Assembly (NCBI RefSeq): GCF_006345805.1
Contig: NC_043008.1
Coordinates: forward strand, 41,230,001-41,294,000
DNA length: 64,000 nt
Source of the DNA: Octopus sinensis
Taxonomy: Eukaryota
Reading direction: 5' to 3'
Shown here: piece by piece, positions 1-13,373 of the stretch
Layout: each line of letters starts with the position of its first letter
Position numbering within the stretch: position 1 is the stretch's first letter
Position numbers and translations under genes: made by a program
The notes under the pieces: model-generated
The model's database searches: none
The model's input: only the letters and a program-made list of their open reading frames with translations
Told to the model about the DNA's origin: nothing

Positions 1-43
1 AATTGGAAAACAGCAAAATCAACGACGGATGCAATACCACCGC

Positions 44-44
<1 letters not shown>

Positions 45-86
<42 letters not shown>

Positions 87-114
87 GTCATCGTCGTTGT
101 CATCGTCATAGTCG

Positions 115-146
<32 letters not shown>

Positions 147-178
147 GTCATCGTCATCATCATCATCATCAATATCAT
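45..178. repeat. (ATC)n/(GTC)n trinucleotide microsatellite
   Basis: Direct reading; explains the poly-I/V ORF 3..230. Confidence 0.95.
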
Positions 179-1179
179 GATCACACCAACTCACAATATC
201 AGTAACAATATTGTCATTATTGCATTATGACTAGGATTCAATATTTGCGACATACAAAGAATGAACTGCGCGCCCACTTGATTGAATTTAGTATCTGAAG
301 ATTCAGGTTCCTGCTTGTGAACTTATGAGGCTCTACCGTGTTTCAAATGATCTGTGAATAAAGAAGGACAGATTATTTAATAATACAGCAAATTTCCTTC
401 ACCAAAGAAGGAGGTATGGAACAATCTCATATTTCACTGTTTCTTTCAAAACATAGCATAATAATTAAATATCATTTTACATAATTAATAATTTATTAAT
501 AGTAAAAATCATCACTATTGTCTGCTATTTTAACATCCTGATGACGGCCAGCATTGGCATTCGCCACATTATCATTAGTCAACAGTCATCATTACGAATT
601 AATTAAATTTGGGCCGTGAAGACCCACGCGAAACAAAATTCATTGACATCTAATCTACAGTGGAGAAGGCTAGCCACTGGATGTGGTTAAAAAGAGACGA
701 TGAACGATGGCTAGAAGTATATTGAGTTCTTCATAACCAGCTGATCTAGCAAACGGGGCCTGATATCAGCGAGGGGGGCCGGTGTGTATTGATGCCGTCG
801 AGAGGTAGGCCCCGAAACGGCGCGCATTCTCTCATGATGACCCCATACACTTGCTAGCTTCCAGTATACGGAGCTTTTAACTGGTAGCACTTGCATGCGC
901 AAGTTGTTTGCAAGACATCGAAAGAAAGTGATTAGAAAGTGATCCTATATAAAGATAATAGAGTATGCCCCTACATGCTACATCATGTAAGAATGTTGGT
1001 GGACCATGAATAGCGTCAGAACGAACAGTATATAGAAATCACATTGGAAATCGCTGTCCTAAACATTTTTGAGCCTATAAAAGACGGATCTAACAATCAC
1101 ATCTAACGTGTAACCAAAATTCTCATCATCATCAACAGCACCATCATCGTCTTTTCTTTTTATCCGAAATCTAAGGAAT

Positions 1180-1559
1180 ATCGTGGCACTCCGTCGGTTG
1201 TTTTGACGAGAATTCCAGTTGATCCAATCAACGAAATAGCCTGCTCAGGAAATTAACATGCAAATGGGTGAGCACTGCACAGATACTTGTACCCTTAACG
1301 TAGTTCTCGGGGAGATTCAGCGTGACAAAGAGTGTGACAAGGATGGCCCTTTGAAATGCAGGTACAACAGAAACAGAAAGTGTGAAAGAAAGTTGCGGTG
1401 AAAGAGTACAGCAGGCTCGCCACCACCCCCTGCTGGAGCCTCGTGTTGCTTTATGTGTCTTCCCTTCAAGAAACACGCACGACGCCCGAGCTGGAAATCG
1501 AAACTGCGATCCTACGACCGCATGTCCGCTGCCTTAATCACTGGGCCATTGAGCCTCCA
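1180..1559 (-). mobile_element. tRNA-derived SINE, family B (tail type 1)
   Basis: Reverse complement starts GGAGGCTCAATGGCCCAGTGATT (A box), then GTTTCGATTTCC (B-box-like). The body matches the copy at 14908 up to ...GCATGTTAAT. Confidence 0.85.
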
Positions 1560-1805
1560 TTCTACTGAATATACTACAGCCATATTTCAGTATTGATCCA
1601 CCTGAATCCATACATAAATTCAAGAATATACGTTTGCTATTTTCAGTTATATATGAAATGTTTGAGTCGTTTAAATATCAGAAATGTTAGAGACTAACAC
1701 CAACATCATAGCTCAACCCAAATAAAATCAAATAAAATCCAGTCAAAATCTGTTAAACATAAACTTTTTACACAACTATTTCAGAAAAAAAAAATATTTA
1801 AATAT

Positions 1806-2190
1806 AAGTAACTTGCTTCCTAACCACATGGTTCCGGGTTCAGTCCACTGCGTGGCACCTTGGGCTAGTGTCTTCTACTATCGCCTCGGGCCGACCAAAG
1901 CTTTGTGAGTAGATTAGGTGGACGGAAACTCGAAGAAGCCCGTTGTATATGTGTATATGTATATATATATATATATATGTGTGTGTATTTGTGTGTCTGT
2001 GTTTGTCCCCCCAACATCACTTGTCAAACGATGCTGGTGTGTTTACGTCCCCGTAACTTATCGGTTCGACAAAAGAGACCGATAGAATTAGTATTAGGCT
2101 TACAAAGAATAAGTCCTGGGGTCAATTTGCTCGACTAAAGGTGGTGCTCCAGGATGGCCGCAGTCAAACGAATGAAACAAGAAAAAGAAT
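1806..2190 (+). mobile_element. tRNA-derived SINE, family A (CORE-like), slightly 5'-truncated
   Basis: Colinear with the complete copies at 13374, 45867, 55584 and 60941: B box GGTTCAGTCC, CORE-like ACCTTGGGC motif, internal TA/TG tract, same 3' end. Confidence 0.9.
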
Positions 2191-2209
2191 ATATATTTTT
2201 TTTTCATTA

Positions 2210-3140
2210 TTGCACTCACCTCTTTTTAAAAAGCAATGTTGTCAAAAATTAGAATTTTGATATAAGTATGTGTATAGCCATGGGTATGAATTTGTAAGCA
2301 TGCGTATCTGTGTATGTGTAAGTGAGCGTATGTTTGTGCTTAAGCACACACATACACGACTGTATGTGTATGTATCCATTCGAACTTGTGTATTTGTATA
2401 CTTGTCTCCATATATGTCAATAACGCGGTTACACAGCTTGTTACATAATTTTTCTTATTTCATTTTTCCCACCCCTCCTTTTTCTTTTTTCCTTCCCCCT
2501 TCTTCGTTCCTTTTTCTCTCTCTTCCTTTCTTTCGTTTTTTCTCTAACTGATACTGATACAACTTTACGTCCCCTTTACTTAAGCTTTACTCAGTAGATG
2601 AGAAACGCTACATCGATGATTTTAACTTGCGCGCGAGATAGATTGCGTACATATATGTATGCATGCATTTGTGTGTATATTTAAGATTTATAGTTATACG
2701 CCTGTATATGTATGGCGTTTGCACGCATCCTTCTGTGTATGTTGATATATATATGTACACTTTAATATGAATATGTATTGCAGTGTAATATTTATAATAA
2801 GTTTTAATTTCTATGCATTAATTATATTTTCTTCATTAACGTCAATATGTATTTTATTCAATGTAAGGTTTTTTCCTCGAATTTTATAATTTTTATAATT
2901 TTTATAATTTTTTATATATATATACATATATTTCTGAGCTTTTTTTGTTTATCGCTCGAAGATTGGCCGTTATTTCTAAAGGGCCAATCAAACAAGTCCA
3001 TTTTTTTAAAAGGTGTAGCGTTTGTAAGAGTCTAGATTGAATTGATATATCGGTTCCATTCTAGCAAAAACTGTCTGATGAACGGCAACGAGAAACTCAG
3101 AGTAACAGATTTTGTTGAATTTTCTGCTGCTTTAAATAAA

Positions 3141-3141
<1 letters not shown>
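2210..3141 (+). mobile_element. Penelope-like element 3' UTR / solo pseudo-LTR
   Basis: Colinear with ~35520-36466, which lies directly downstream of a GIY-YIG ORF. Ends AATAAAG followed by (TA)n. Confidence 0.75.
3071..3108 (+). ncRNA. Minimal type I hammerhead ribozyme motif (putative)
   Basis: CTGT-CTGATGA-A CG GCAA CG A-GAAA-CTCAGAG-T-A-ACAG. Stem I is CTGT/ACAG, the core boxes are intact, helix III (ACTCAGAGT) is near-palindromic and the cleavage triplet is GUA. Confidence 0.6.
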
Positions 3142-3195
<54 letters not shown>

Positions 3196-4521
3196 TATCG
3201 CACGTATAAAGTTTGTATCTGCGATAAAACATAGTAAGATCGACAATAATGGATAACACGAATATTTCTCTACAAGATTCAGTAGCAAATATATTATTGA
3301 AACGTTGCATCATAAAATTCGTGCATGCAATAACAGGCATGGTTATATAAGATTACGCAAGTAACTGCTAAACTAAACTAAATATTTGTTTACTTGAGTT
3401 TTTCGAGTATTATGACTTACCAAAAATTGTGGTGTGCTTCACTGTTGATTTCTGTTGATTTATTTCATATATCCCCTTATCTTCTACTCTGTGTTTTTGT
3501 GTGTATGTATATTTGAACATATGTATGGCTGCAATGGACCTAGAATATGTGAGGTTACATACCTCTGCATGAGAAAACCTTGCACTGGTGAACTTTATAG
3601 TAACTTAATTTATTTTCTAGATTTCTTTATCTTGCTATGACGAAATGTCAGTTGATTAAATATCATTTCGTTTCCACCCCATCTCATAGGTCGCATTATC
3701 TTCCCCGTGCTCTCTGTTCTTCTCTCTAACGCAAACACCACCTCTCTCTTCTCTATTTCTATCTCTATCTATCTATTTATCTTCCACTCACCGAATGTAC
3801 GTCACCTTCTCCGTTTGCTCGATTAATGTTTATGCATCTTCCTTGTATTTGTTCCTTATTTTTAATCTTACTATCTTTTCAGCTGCGGTAGATTTTTCCT
3901 ACTCGTACTTACAGATCTGTTTTCGCGGAGGCCATAACATAAAGGCTAAGGAAACATGCTACTGGATGTTCAAGCTATAAACTTCAGCTTTTAAATGATC
4001 TGAGACGTACTGGATTTCAGTGGTTGATGGCGACAGATCCAGTTGTCTTATGGCACATTTTTAATTGGATCTATCACATTCCCGAAGGAGATAACAATAC
4101 TAGGATATGCATCGCCCGCAAAGCATTTATCAATTTTCAGTGTTAAGATATATTTTGTTCCAATATACATGTGGTGTATTCATTTAAAAATAGTCATTAT
4201 CTTAGCTGTGGATGAGTAGGATGTGTGTCAACGAATATGAAATATCCGCAATCCCATACTTTACTTGCTCTTCAGCTGACATATATATATATATATATAT
4301 ATATATAGAACGGATGGTAATGGTACTGGCCATGATTCAATTTATGACTGCATAGTTGCGCCGCCTTCTATTGCTGTTCCGCCTTCGATAGTTGCACATT
4401 AGGAGCTAACAAATAGATCAATATTTGAAACAGAATATTTCAATTAATGCATTCATACACTCATACATTCACTTATATAAATAACACACACACACTCTCT
4501 CTCTCACACACACACACACAC

Positions 4522-4587
<66 letters not shown>

Positions 4588-6220
4588 GTGTATGTGCGTG
4601 CGTACATGTGTGTATCTATGTATAGATATATTTGTATATATGCACACTATGAGTTTGGGAAAATTGTGCTGTGCATTTGCAATCAGAGGTTACGTAAGTG
4701 CGAGGTTTTTTACTCCAGCTTAGGAATCTTTCACCCACGTGGAAAACCCTTAGCATGCGTAACACGAGTGCTGAGGTGTTTTGATAAGCACAAATTTTAA
4801 AAGAAATAGATGCAAACAACAAGTCCCGAATGCTGTTGAACTGAAAGCAGAATTTTAAGGGATGTGAGATAAGAAAGGAAGCCCGACTCAGGAGGCTTCG
4901 CTACCTTACATGTGCTAGTTAGCAATATGTTTATCAAGAAGGGCAGAAAGAGAACGTTAAACCTTGCAGGAATTGAATTGGAATGTGGACTGTGTGTTCA
5001 ACTAAATACTGTTAAAATATTTACGTCGTTCGCTGCCACCGTAACTGTTCCATACTATTATCCAAGGGTTATTAAATGATGAATAAACGTCAATGGCAAA
5101 GTCACACATAAATAACCATTAAGATATTAAGCCGTGTTCTTAAACTCTACTGTGCGTATGTAAGGAGAGAATTACGTGAGCTTTTATTGTATTTCTGGAG
5201 AAACACCTAAGGTAGCATTATGTAAATTTAGCGTAAGTATTAATTCTACCTCATGGATATATTGCACTGTGGTTATTAAATCATTTTATTTAGTAATATT
5301 GCACTGCAAAAATACGAGCTGCGTACTGGGTAACATGAAATAGTCAGAATACACAACGAATCAGACGTAAAATCGACCAACACAGTATTATATTGCGAAC
5401 TACAACTCTAATATATTTCGACAAGCTCCAGGATCAATATTCGTAATGAAAAGGATAGATTAGACGCTGCACACTTCAATAAATAAGTGGTTAGTTTAGC
5501 TTTTGGGGGCGCCGGCAGAATTTTAATAATCACATCATAAAGTTTTCATCTTTTATGTTCTGGTGTCTAGTCGAAGTACACTGTTAACCTCCTGAAAATT
5601 ATAAAAAGTAAATCTTATCTATGTTTTATTTGTTTCAGCAGCTAATACAAGACTTTCTTTATATTATTCATTCGGAATTGTTTGAGAGTGGATAATTAAC
5701 TCTTCTTTCTTTTACGGGTTTCTATAGTAGTTTCAGGTGATGCTTTTGTTATTTCTATATTTAAGAATCCTCGATATATCTTTTATTATATGGTGAAAAA
5801 AAATTCATTATAACAAAATACTCTATTAATAACTCAACAAATTCGTTTTTCCATTAAGTCTGCTTCAAATTAAAAACTAAATCCTTGGCGAAGTTTGCTA
5901 AGAAAAAAGATGATTGATAATATGTTGGTCTTTACATACAAAGTAATATTTAAAGTTTTGTTATTATTATATAATTGTATTACCTTAATGTTTGAAATAT
6001 TTTATTAATATCATATAAAATAAATTATCCTACGACATTTAAATATACCTCATTCATCATGATGCTTCAGAGGTTAAGAAAATATTACCTGGAAATTTCG
6101 AAATAACAAGCCGCTGGTATAATTTGATTTATAAGTATTTAATTTTCCTCGATATTGGAGCTGCTGTTTGCAATGTTATTAAACTATACTGCTAAGAAGC
6201 TTAGCACTATACATACATAC

Positions 6221-6270
<50 letters not shown>

Positions 6271-6273
6271 ATG

Positions 6274-6304
<31 letters not shown>

Positions 6305-9129
6305 TTATATATTTATATATGGTTGCGCGTGGGCGTATGTGCGTGTGTGTGTGTCTGCGTGTCCATGTGTGTGAGATTGGGATGTTCGCAGGTGCTTTAA
6401 GAAGATAATTAGCGTTAGATTTTTCCCGCTAATTTCTATAAATCCTTACAACACGTTTGATTAGTGATTAAATGTATATCTTAATTTTTTTTTTCATCCG
6501 TTTGTTTCTCTGAAAGAAAATTCGTTTCTGCTTCATCGCAAAGAAACGTAAATATCGTACCATTTTATATTATAGAGTGTTCGCACGTGTTTTGAATATT
6601 TGTAAACATTATTTGTGCCTTGATTTCCCAAAGGACACTTTGCACTTATAGCAACATTTTCCACTTTTGGGGAAATTATTTCAGAAGTGTACTTAGGTGC
6701 GCCCTTTTCGTAAGATCCATTTTTTCTGTAATAACCATGTAATAATTAGTACATTCCTTGAAGATTTAATCTACCTCTTGACTAATTTGTGACTTGTATT
6801 TTCCTTCTTTCAAATGCATGAAACCAAGGAATCCTTCGTCGATTTCGACGACGACTACTGAATCGTTCTACCAAGTGAATGCACTTTTCGAATAAATATC
6901 ATTGAAGGATATTGAGTATTCCTCAGGCACATAACCTTATATCAATTCTCAGGATGAATCGGCGTGACATAATATATGTGGGGCTTGGCCTTACAATTAC
7001 AGCAAATCCATTCACGTTGTATCAGACAAAATAACTTCATTAACAAGGACTCTGCCGACCTAAGTCTGTTTTAATAGACACTTTCTCCAAACCGCCACGC
7101 AATGTAAGTGGATCAGAGACACCAGAGTTGCTAAGCCAACTTCTTAGTCATTGTGCGAGATATTGGAAAGACGGCATGTAGCTGAGTGCTCGATGAAACC
7201 TGAAATTGATTCTGGTTTGAAAACTTTATTGAGATCACGACCATATTAGTTTTATGATATCTTAAACTCTTGAAGCATATTTCTTTTAAAATGTGTTTGT
7301 ATATACGTTATGTTCGGTTTAACTTCTAACGACTCTGAGGTATCTTATTATATTCCGTATTCATATCCGTACAGCGACGTTTTCTTTTACATGTGTCTAT
7401 AAGAGTCTAAAGATTCTGCTAGGTCCATAATCAAGTAAATACTTATGCTTTCATACAGTTTATTTATTACATGACCGAAATGCAGAAGAGCAAGAGAATA
7501 TAAAGAAATACCGTCAAAAACAAACATTAAGTAAATGTTGAGAGCTATTTTATGTCTACTTTGGAACAGCCGTAGACATTTAGAAAGATTATTATTCCTC
7601 CTATCCTATTCAATTTGTGAAACTACAAAAAATATTTCTCAGTGTTTGATAACCCAAACACCTCATTCGGAAACGTTACACTGCACCAATAAAACGAGCT
7701 CCTTCCTATGTCAGAAAGTAGAGAAGGTGAAGTGGTGATATTCTTCCTTTGGTCAATATCTCTAAGTATATACTGAAATTGAATTCATATACAAGATGAA
7801 TTGGAAGCGGGACGCGTACTATACGTACGTATTCTCATATCAATTTTATTCTAATATATACGATATATTTTCTATTCACACGGATACTAAATATTCTTAA
7901 GTCCACAAGAATAGACTAGAATTTTCATAATTTGCACCGGTCTACCAATGTATATAGACATTACACTACAATCGTTATGCATAAAACATAAGTCGGCATT
8001 AAGACCTTCAGTGGTTTCATTGTCATATTATGTTTCAAAAATACGCGTTCAAAATGAAAATATTATCAGTTTTGATTCCTTATAGTATATATGTGGACCG
8101 CTTTAGTACATATTAAATCATATCTATATCTTAATTAGAGTTCTGTGTGTGGAGGGAATAATGATGAGCGACTAAACACGTCATCCAAACGCTTCGTGCT
8201 CACACATTTCCTGATATAACCAAGTTTGAAGTTGATGATGCTGTCAATAAGGTTAATCAACTTGAAATATGAAATAACGCTACTAATGTCACAGATTATT
8301 AGTTGTATTTACATTTTAGTTATTCATTTATTTGGTTATCTGCATTTGCAAGTTCTCTGCGTTACAGAACTTTATCAACCTATAGAGGCTTTCACACTCA
8401 TTTACATCTTTTGTGAATGGGGAATTTTAACTCCAGCTTTCAACTTGCAATTAGATAACCTAATAACATTTAGCATTATGGAAATCAAAATATTTCGTTA
8501 TCTCACTGTAGTAAAAGAGCAGCCCTTTCTATTTCCTTTGTCCTTTTCTCTCATTGTTCCGCCTTTTATATCACCTTCAGCCTCTCTCTTTGAATCTAAC
8601 CTCCCTACACTATTCTCTCATTCTTTCTCTCACACACTTTATCAACTTGTTCTCAACATTTATCTCTCCAAAGCTCAGTCTCATTCGCTTCCAATATTTC
8701 TAGTTAGGTTTCCTTTCCTCTTCCGTCTTTCTTAGTGCATTTGAATAACGACTCATAGAAATATTATTTCATTATTCGAATTAATTCTATTCCCATTTAT
8801 ATCACATACAAACAAAGCACTGTAATCAGAAATTTGCGTAATTTTCTGAAAGAGTTCCCATTTACGTATTTGCAGTCTAAAGGAAACTGTATAATTTATT
8901 TTTTTTCTAAATGATGGCTGTTGCGACCACTAGAGAGTTATCCTTCATGTGACGGATGACTATGGAGGAATGCAATTCCCACTTTGGGTAATATCAAGAA
9001 ATATAGCCTAGATGCAATAATTATGAATTAACGTTTATCAAATTTCTCAGTGGCCCTTATACAAAATGACGGAGTATATTTCAATATTCAAAATTAAATA
9101 AATGGAATTTCTTATGCCACCCCACTCAT

Positions 9130-9555
9130 CTTTTCTACTATTCATGGGTGAGTCATGAGGGTAGAGACACCAGTCGAAAAGGTCCTACAGAAGCAAACCT
9201 CATTAGATTTCCCGGCTGTATTCCCATGTATGCCCAACTGAAAGTACGCATATATATATTCCGCCATGTCGTTCTTGGTGTACTTCGAATGCCGCTTAGA
9301 TTCGGTTGCGCATGGTGTCTTGCCATTCCTTCCTGTGATATTCTAGTCACATGGCTGTCGTACCCTAGTAGTGATCTCTCAATGCAGTTAAGTTGCGATT
9401 CGACCTGGAGATATTCCTTCATCCCCAAGCTGCACAACTTGTCGAGTAAAGTTACTCCACAGACTCTGCATAGGAATCCCTTTTCGGCCGTTTGCATTCG
9501 AGGTTGCGCTTCTCCCGTCGTTACCCAACATTTATGATTATAGGTTCAGACGTGA
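9130..9555 (-). mobile_element. RTE-clade LINE, decayed 3' end of RT ORF
   Basis: ORF 9153..9497 (MQTAEKGFLCRVCGVTLLDK...IERSLLGYDSHVTRI...PRTTWR) resembles the RTE C-terminal pattern E.RFLR...TLLDK...IERSQLRWFGHV.RM...RPRTRW. Confidence 0.8.
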
Positions 9556-9912
9556 CTCTGTGGTAAGAAGTTTGCTTCCCAACAACATGGTTCCGGGTTC
9601 AATCCCACTGTCTGGCACCTTGCGCAAGTATCTCCTACTATAGTATCCAGCCCGTTGAGTAACGCCTTTTGAATAGATTTGCTAGACGAAACAGAAAGAA
9701 TCCCCTCAAATTTTATCTGTGTGTCTTTGTTCGTCACCATAGCTAGACAATCGGTGTGGTGTGTTTACGTCCCAGTAAATTAACAATTCACTAGAAGACC
9801 TTTAGAATAAGGACCAGGCTTTAAGAGAAATAAGTACCGGTCTCGAGTCATTCGAGTAAATCTGGTCAAAGCGATGCTCCAGCATGACCACAAACCCGTG
9901 ACTAAAACAAGT
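9556..9912 (+). mobile_element. SINE family A, diverged copy inserted into the RTE fragment
   Basis: GTGGTAAG...GGTTCCGGGTTCAATCCCACTG...GGCACCTTGCGCAAG...GATGCTCCAGCATGACC. RTE coding sequence continues on both sides. Confidence 0.8.
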
Positions 9913-9914
9913 TA

Positions 9915-10190
9915 TTGTTGAATTATACGCTGGCATAGATAGGAAAACCGAAATGAAGTTAATGCCTTTGGCATTTTTTTTTTACTATCCGTCCTCGTTT
10001 GAAGATGAAATTCTGGAGCTGACGCATTACTGGACCAGCACTTACAACTCTAACAAACATTTCAGCCTCCTGCTTCGCATAACGTGTGAATGCGGTCCCG
10101 ACATATTTAAAATTCCCCACTTGTCTCAGTAATATTCCACTAACATGCAAATTGCAGTGACGTGTTTCCTGTGAAGATCAGTGTCTCAGT
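9915..10190 (-). mobile_element. RTE-clade LINE RT fragment (upstream part of the 9130-9555 element)
   Basis: ORF 9959..10150 (LRQVGNFKYVGTAFT...RVVSAGPVMRQL) resembles the RTE post-YADD motif QVEKFKYLG...RI.KAS..MR.L. Confidence 0.75.
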
Positions 10191-10759
10191 CTGCATAATA
10201 AATGCATGTGATAGTTATTCTAAATTTTATTAAACATAATCACAATTCATTCCGTCGAAAACCAATCTCAGCAAAATTTGAACTCGTCCAATAATTATGT
10301 CTCTCCTTCTCATCCTCCTTCTCCTACTTCTATTTTTCCTCTGTCCCTTTGCCTCCACCTCCGTCAATTCCTCTTCTGTGTTTATGATTCATCCTCATTG
10401 TGAGTAAATTTCCTATATTTATTTATCTCATTGTTTGGCTTCCTCGCACTACAAGAGATCTTCACATTTTTTTTTTTGGTAAAGCAGATTCCACATTATA
10501 ACAGAAGGAAATATCTAACATATACCATTTTTTATTTATTGTTTATGGTTATTAGGTTAGTTGTCTGTCAAGGAAAGAGAATTCAGAAATGTTTTACTAA
10601 ATTAAGGGAAATCAGTTATTTATTCGGGCTGTTGGCCACGGTTTATACAATTATTATGTTATTAAACGACACAAATTTTGTACACAAATTCAGTTTGTTT
10701 TCCCATTGTGTAAACTGACTCAGTAAACGATGCAATAGACGTGAGAACGTCCATTACAT

Positions 10760-12110
10760 TTGAGAGTAGGAATTACAGTTCGAAACCATCCGGTATCTAA
10801 CCGGTCAATATTAAACAGGTTTCATGAAAACAAGAGATATATACGATGAATATGTGCTGGCAGTATATGTTAAATCTATCAGTGACACTAGAGGTAAGAA
10901 GAGTAACGATCACTGATATGAAGGTTGCAGTATGCGGGATGAAATTATCTGTCCGGCTTCTGTAGGATATTTGCGGTCCAGAATATCACGGACATGACAT
11001 TAATGTTTCAAGGAAAGAAATTAGCAGGTCAGGAAAGATGTACGAAACAGCATGGTAAGATTAAGGAATTGTAGGATAGTGTGTTGTCATGCTACGATGG
11101 TGTGCTTTATTAAGGTCGAGAAAGAGCAAAATCTGTTTTCGTTGAGTAGGAGTTGCAGAATGATAGCTACGACAATATACACGATTTGTTTGTTTGTTTG
11201 TTACTTCTCGAGCCATGCCTGGCTAATAAGGGCCAGTTTCCCGGTTTCTTGTCGTATAGGTTCTCCACCGGTCCGTCACAGGTGAGCTGCAAGATGCAGT
11301 AGGAAAAAGTGATAGGAAGTTGTGGCGAAAGGGTCAGCAGAAGTTCGCTATTACCGTCTGCCGGAGCCGCGTGGAGTTTAGGTGTTTTCGGTCATAAACA
11401 CACACATCACCAGATCTGAGATTCGAACTCGCAATCCCTCGACCGAGAGTCTGTTGCTCTACCCACTAGGACATGTGCCTCCACAATATACACGATAGCT
11501 AGCAGTGTTACGTAATGGCTGTGAGTAACCACGTCGAGTGTAATAACGAAGCATTCTACGCAAATGTCTTTTGAAGTTATATTCATCGTTGCAAGGGCGA
11601 TGCAAACGGAAGGATTGTGAGTGGTTGATTGCGTGCTCTGTATAAATGGATAGGATGAGGTGAAATGAAGATAGGAGTTAACTTAGTGGGGTTTTTGGAA
11701 GAACAATGTACAAAAATCGCTTAGTTCCAAAGATGTTAAAATTGTCAGAAGAATAAGCGGAAAAAAGACAATTAATGTAGAGTAAAACGTGTTCAAGATG
11801 TAGATGAAGGTGTTACACCGTTATGGAGTAGGGAAGCAATAACAAAACTTATATTGATATATCAACTTTGTATCTCCGAGGGAATTCAATGAAGGAGGTA
11901 CTGGAATTACCTTCGACATAACCAGCAAGCAGATTAGCACTAGTAAAGTCAATCGCGTTTCCCTAATCACCACCAAATATATAATGATGGTAAAGCGTGT
12001 AATATACAAACGATTGTAGTTGTGAGTGAGATGAGAGAGTATGAGATGTTTCCATAACTATTACAGGGCATGAGTTGATGTTTGAGCTTCTGATAGAGGG
12101 AAGTTCCTCT
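10760..12110 (-). mobile_element. Decayed Penelope-like (RT + GIY-YIG) element, split by a SINE
   Basis: Frameshift-tolerant reading gives ANLLAGYVE, FQKPT...SYLHFTSSYP, FKRHLRRMLRYYTRRGY (PLE RT/thumb). Past the SINE it gives HAVSYIFPD, VRDIL and SVTDRFN...YISC (PLE linker/GIY-YIG start). Confidence 0.65.
11186..11482 (-). mobile_element. tRNA-derived SINE, family B (tail type 3), with 14-bp TSD
   Basis: Head GGAGGCACATGTCCTAGTGG...GAGTTCGAATCTC, body GAAAACACCTAAA.CTCCACG shared with family B, (AAAC)n tail. TSD ACAATATACACGAT at 11172-11185 and 11483-11496. Confidence 0.9.
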
Positions 12111-12337
12111 AGAATATATTACAACCAATTAAGCATGCGACCTTTTTCTTTTCCGCTTTGTTTATATTTTATTTTATTTATTTTATCATTGGATGCTTTC
12201 TGACTAAACATTCATTAATTACCAACTGAATATTTCAATAAATAGGCTGCAATGTAAATACATTGTTTACATCAGTCCTCGTTCGGTAGTTTTTCTAAGC
12301 CTTCGGTATGTATATGTGTGTGTGTCTGTGTCTGTGT

Positions 12338-12376
<39 letters not shown>

Positions 12377-13025
12377 TGTATGTGATCTAACAAACGATAT
12401 TTCTTTTTAATTTCTTAACTTGTGCCAATAGTAAGACAATTATTATTATTATGATCATTAATACTCATTTGTTCTCAATTTGTTTCTATGCAAGTCTGCA
12501 GCATCACAGAAAATTAACTTGTGTCACATTACATGCTGCCAAAATACAATATTACAAATTTGCTTTTTGTTGGCTTTTGCTCTCAGCTAATATTACGAGA
12601 CATATTTTTCTCAGTCAAATAATTCATAGAAATAATAATAAAATGAAACATCAGAAAGATTTAATGATTAAGACGTATAATAAAATATTCAATGCAGTTT
12701 TATAATGATTATCCCTTCGGGAATCTACTGAATATTAACTGGAGAAATTTATGGGTTCCGATTTTTTATTACGAAAAATATTACTAATTTAAAAGAAAAA
12801 TATTACTGTTCCAGAAAGTTACCTTTCCGTATAATAATTTCCACATCCCTATTCACACACACACACAAACACACACCACACCATACGCACACGCACACAG
12901 ACACGCAAAAATACACGCATATGTGTGTGTGTGTGTTGTGTGTGTGTGTGTGCGTGTTTGTATCTGTGTGTACGTGTACGAGTGTATGTATGTATGTATG
13001 TATGTATATATATATATATATATAT

Positions 13026-13210
13026 TACGGAGATGTACTTGCATAGCAAGTGACCTAATCTAAGATCGTGTGCTGGAACGAAAACAATTGCGGTGTGGAA
13101 GGTCTTTATAAGCCATTTAAGAAACACAAAAACCGTTAGATTCACTTCAACATTTAAATTTAATTTGCCAAAATATGTTCGTCGCTTTGAGACCGCGACC
13201 TATTCACTGA
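13026..13210 (+). mobile_element. Short non-autonomous DNA element (MITE-like, family D)
   Basis: Starts TACGGAGATG after a (TA)n run. The reverse complement of its right part recurs at 50197-50345, which also starts TACGGAGATG, implying ~10-bp TIRs. Confidence 0.55.
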
Positions 13211-13373
13211 AAAAATTCCGTGCTGCATCATATAATCATATACTTTGTCCTTTTACAAAATCCTTCCGTGTAATTGTAATGAAATATCAGTTTTCTGAAT
13301 TTTACCGAAAATATCAGTTCTTCTGATGAGAATATACCTATTTCAACATGGAAATATATAAAATTATTTTATA

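Noticed and set aside
7186-7232. Hammerhead-like string TCGATGA-AACCTGAA..TTCTGGTT-T-GAAAC
   Set aside because: Good stem II, but the core reads TCGATGA and stems I and III are not convincing; at best a decayed relic.
8226-8735. 169-aa hydrophobic ORF
   Set aside because: TTG start, composition driven by a T/CT-rich low-complexity tract, no motif or splice support.
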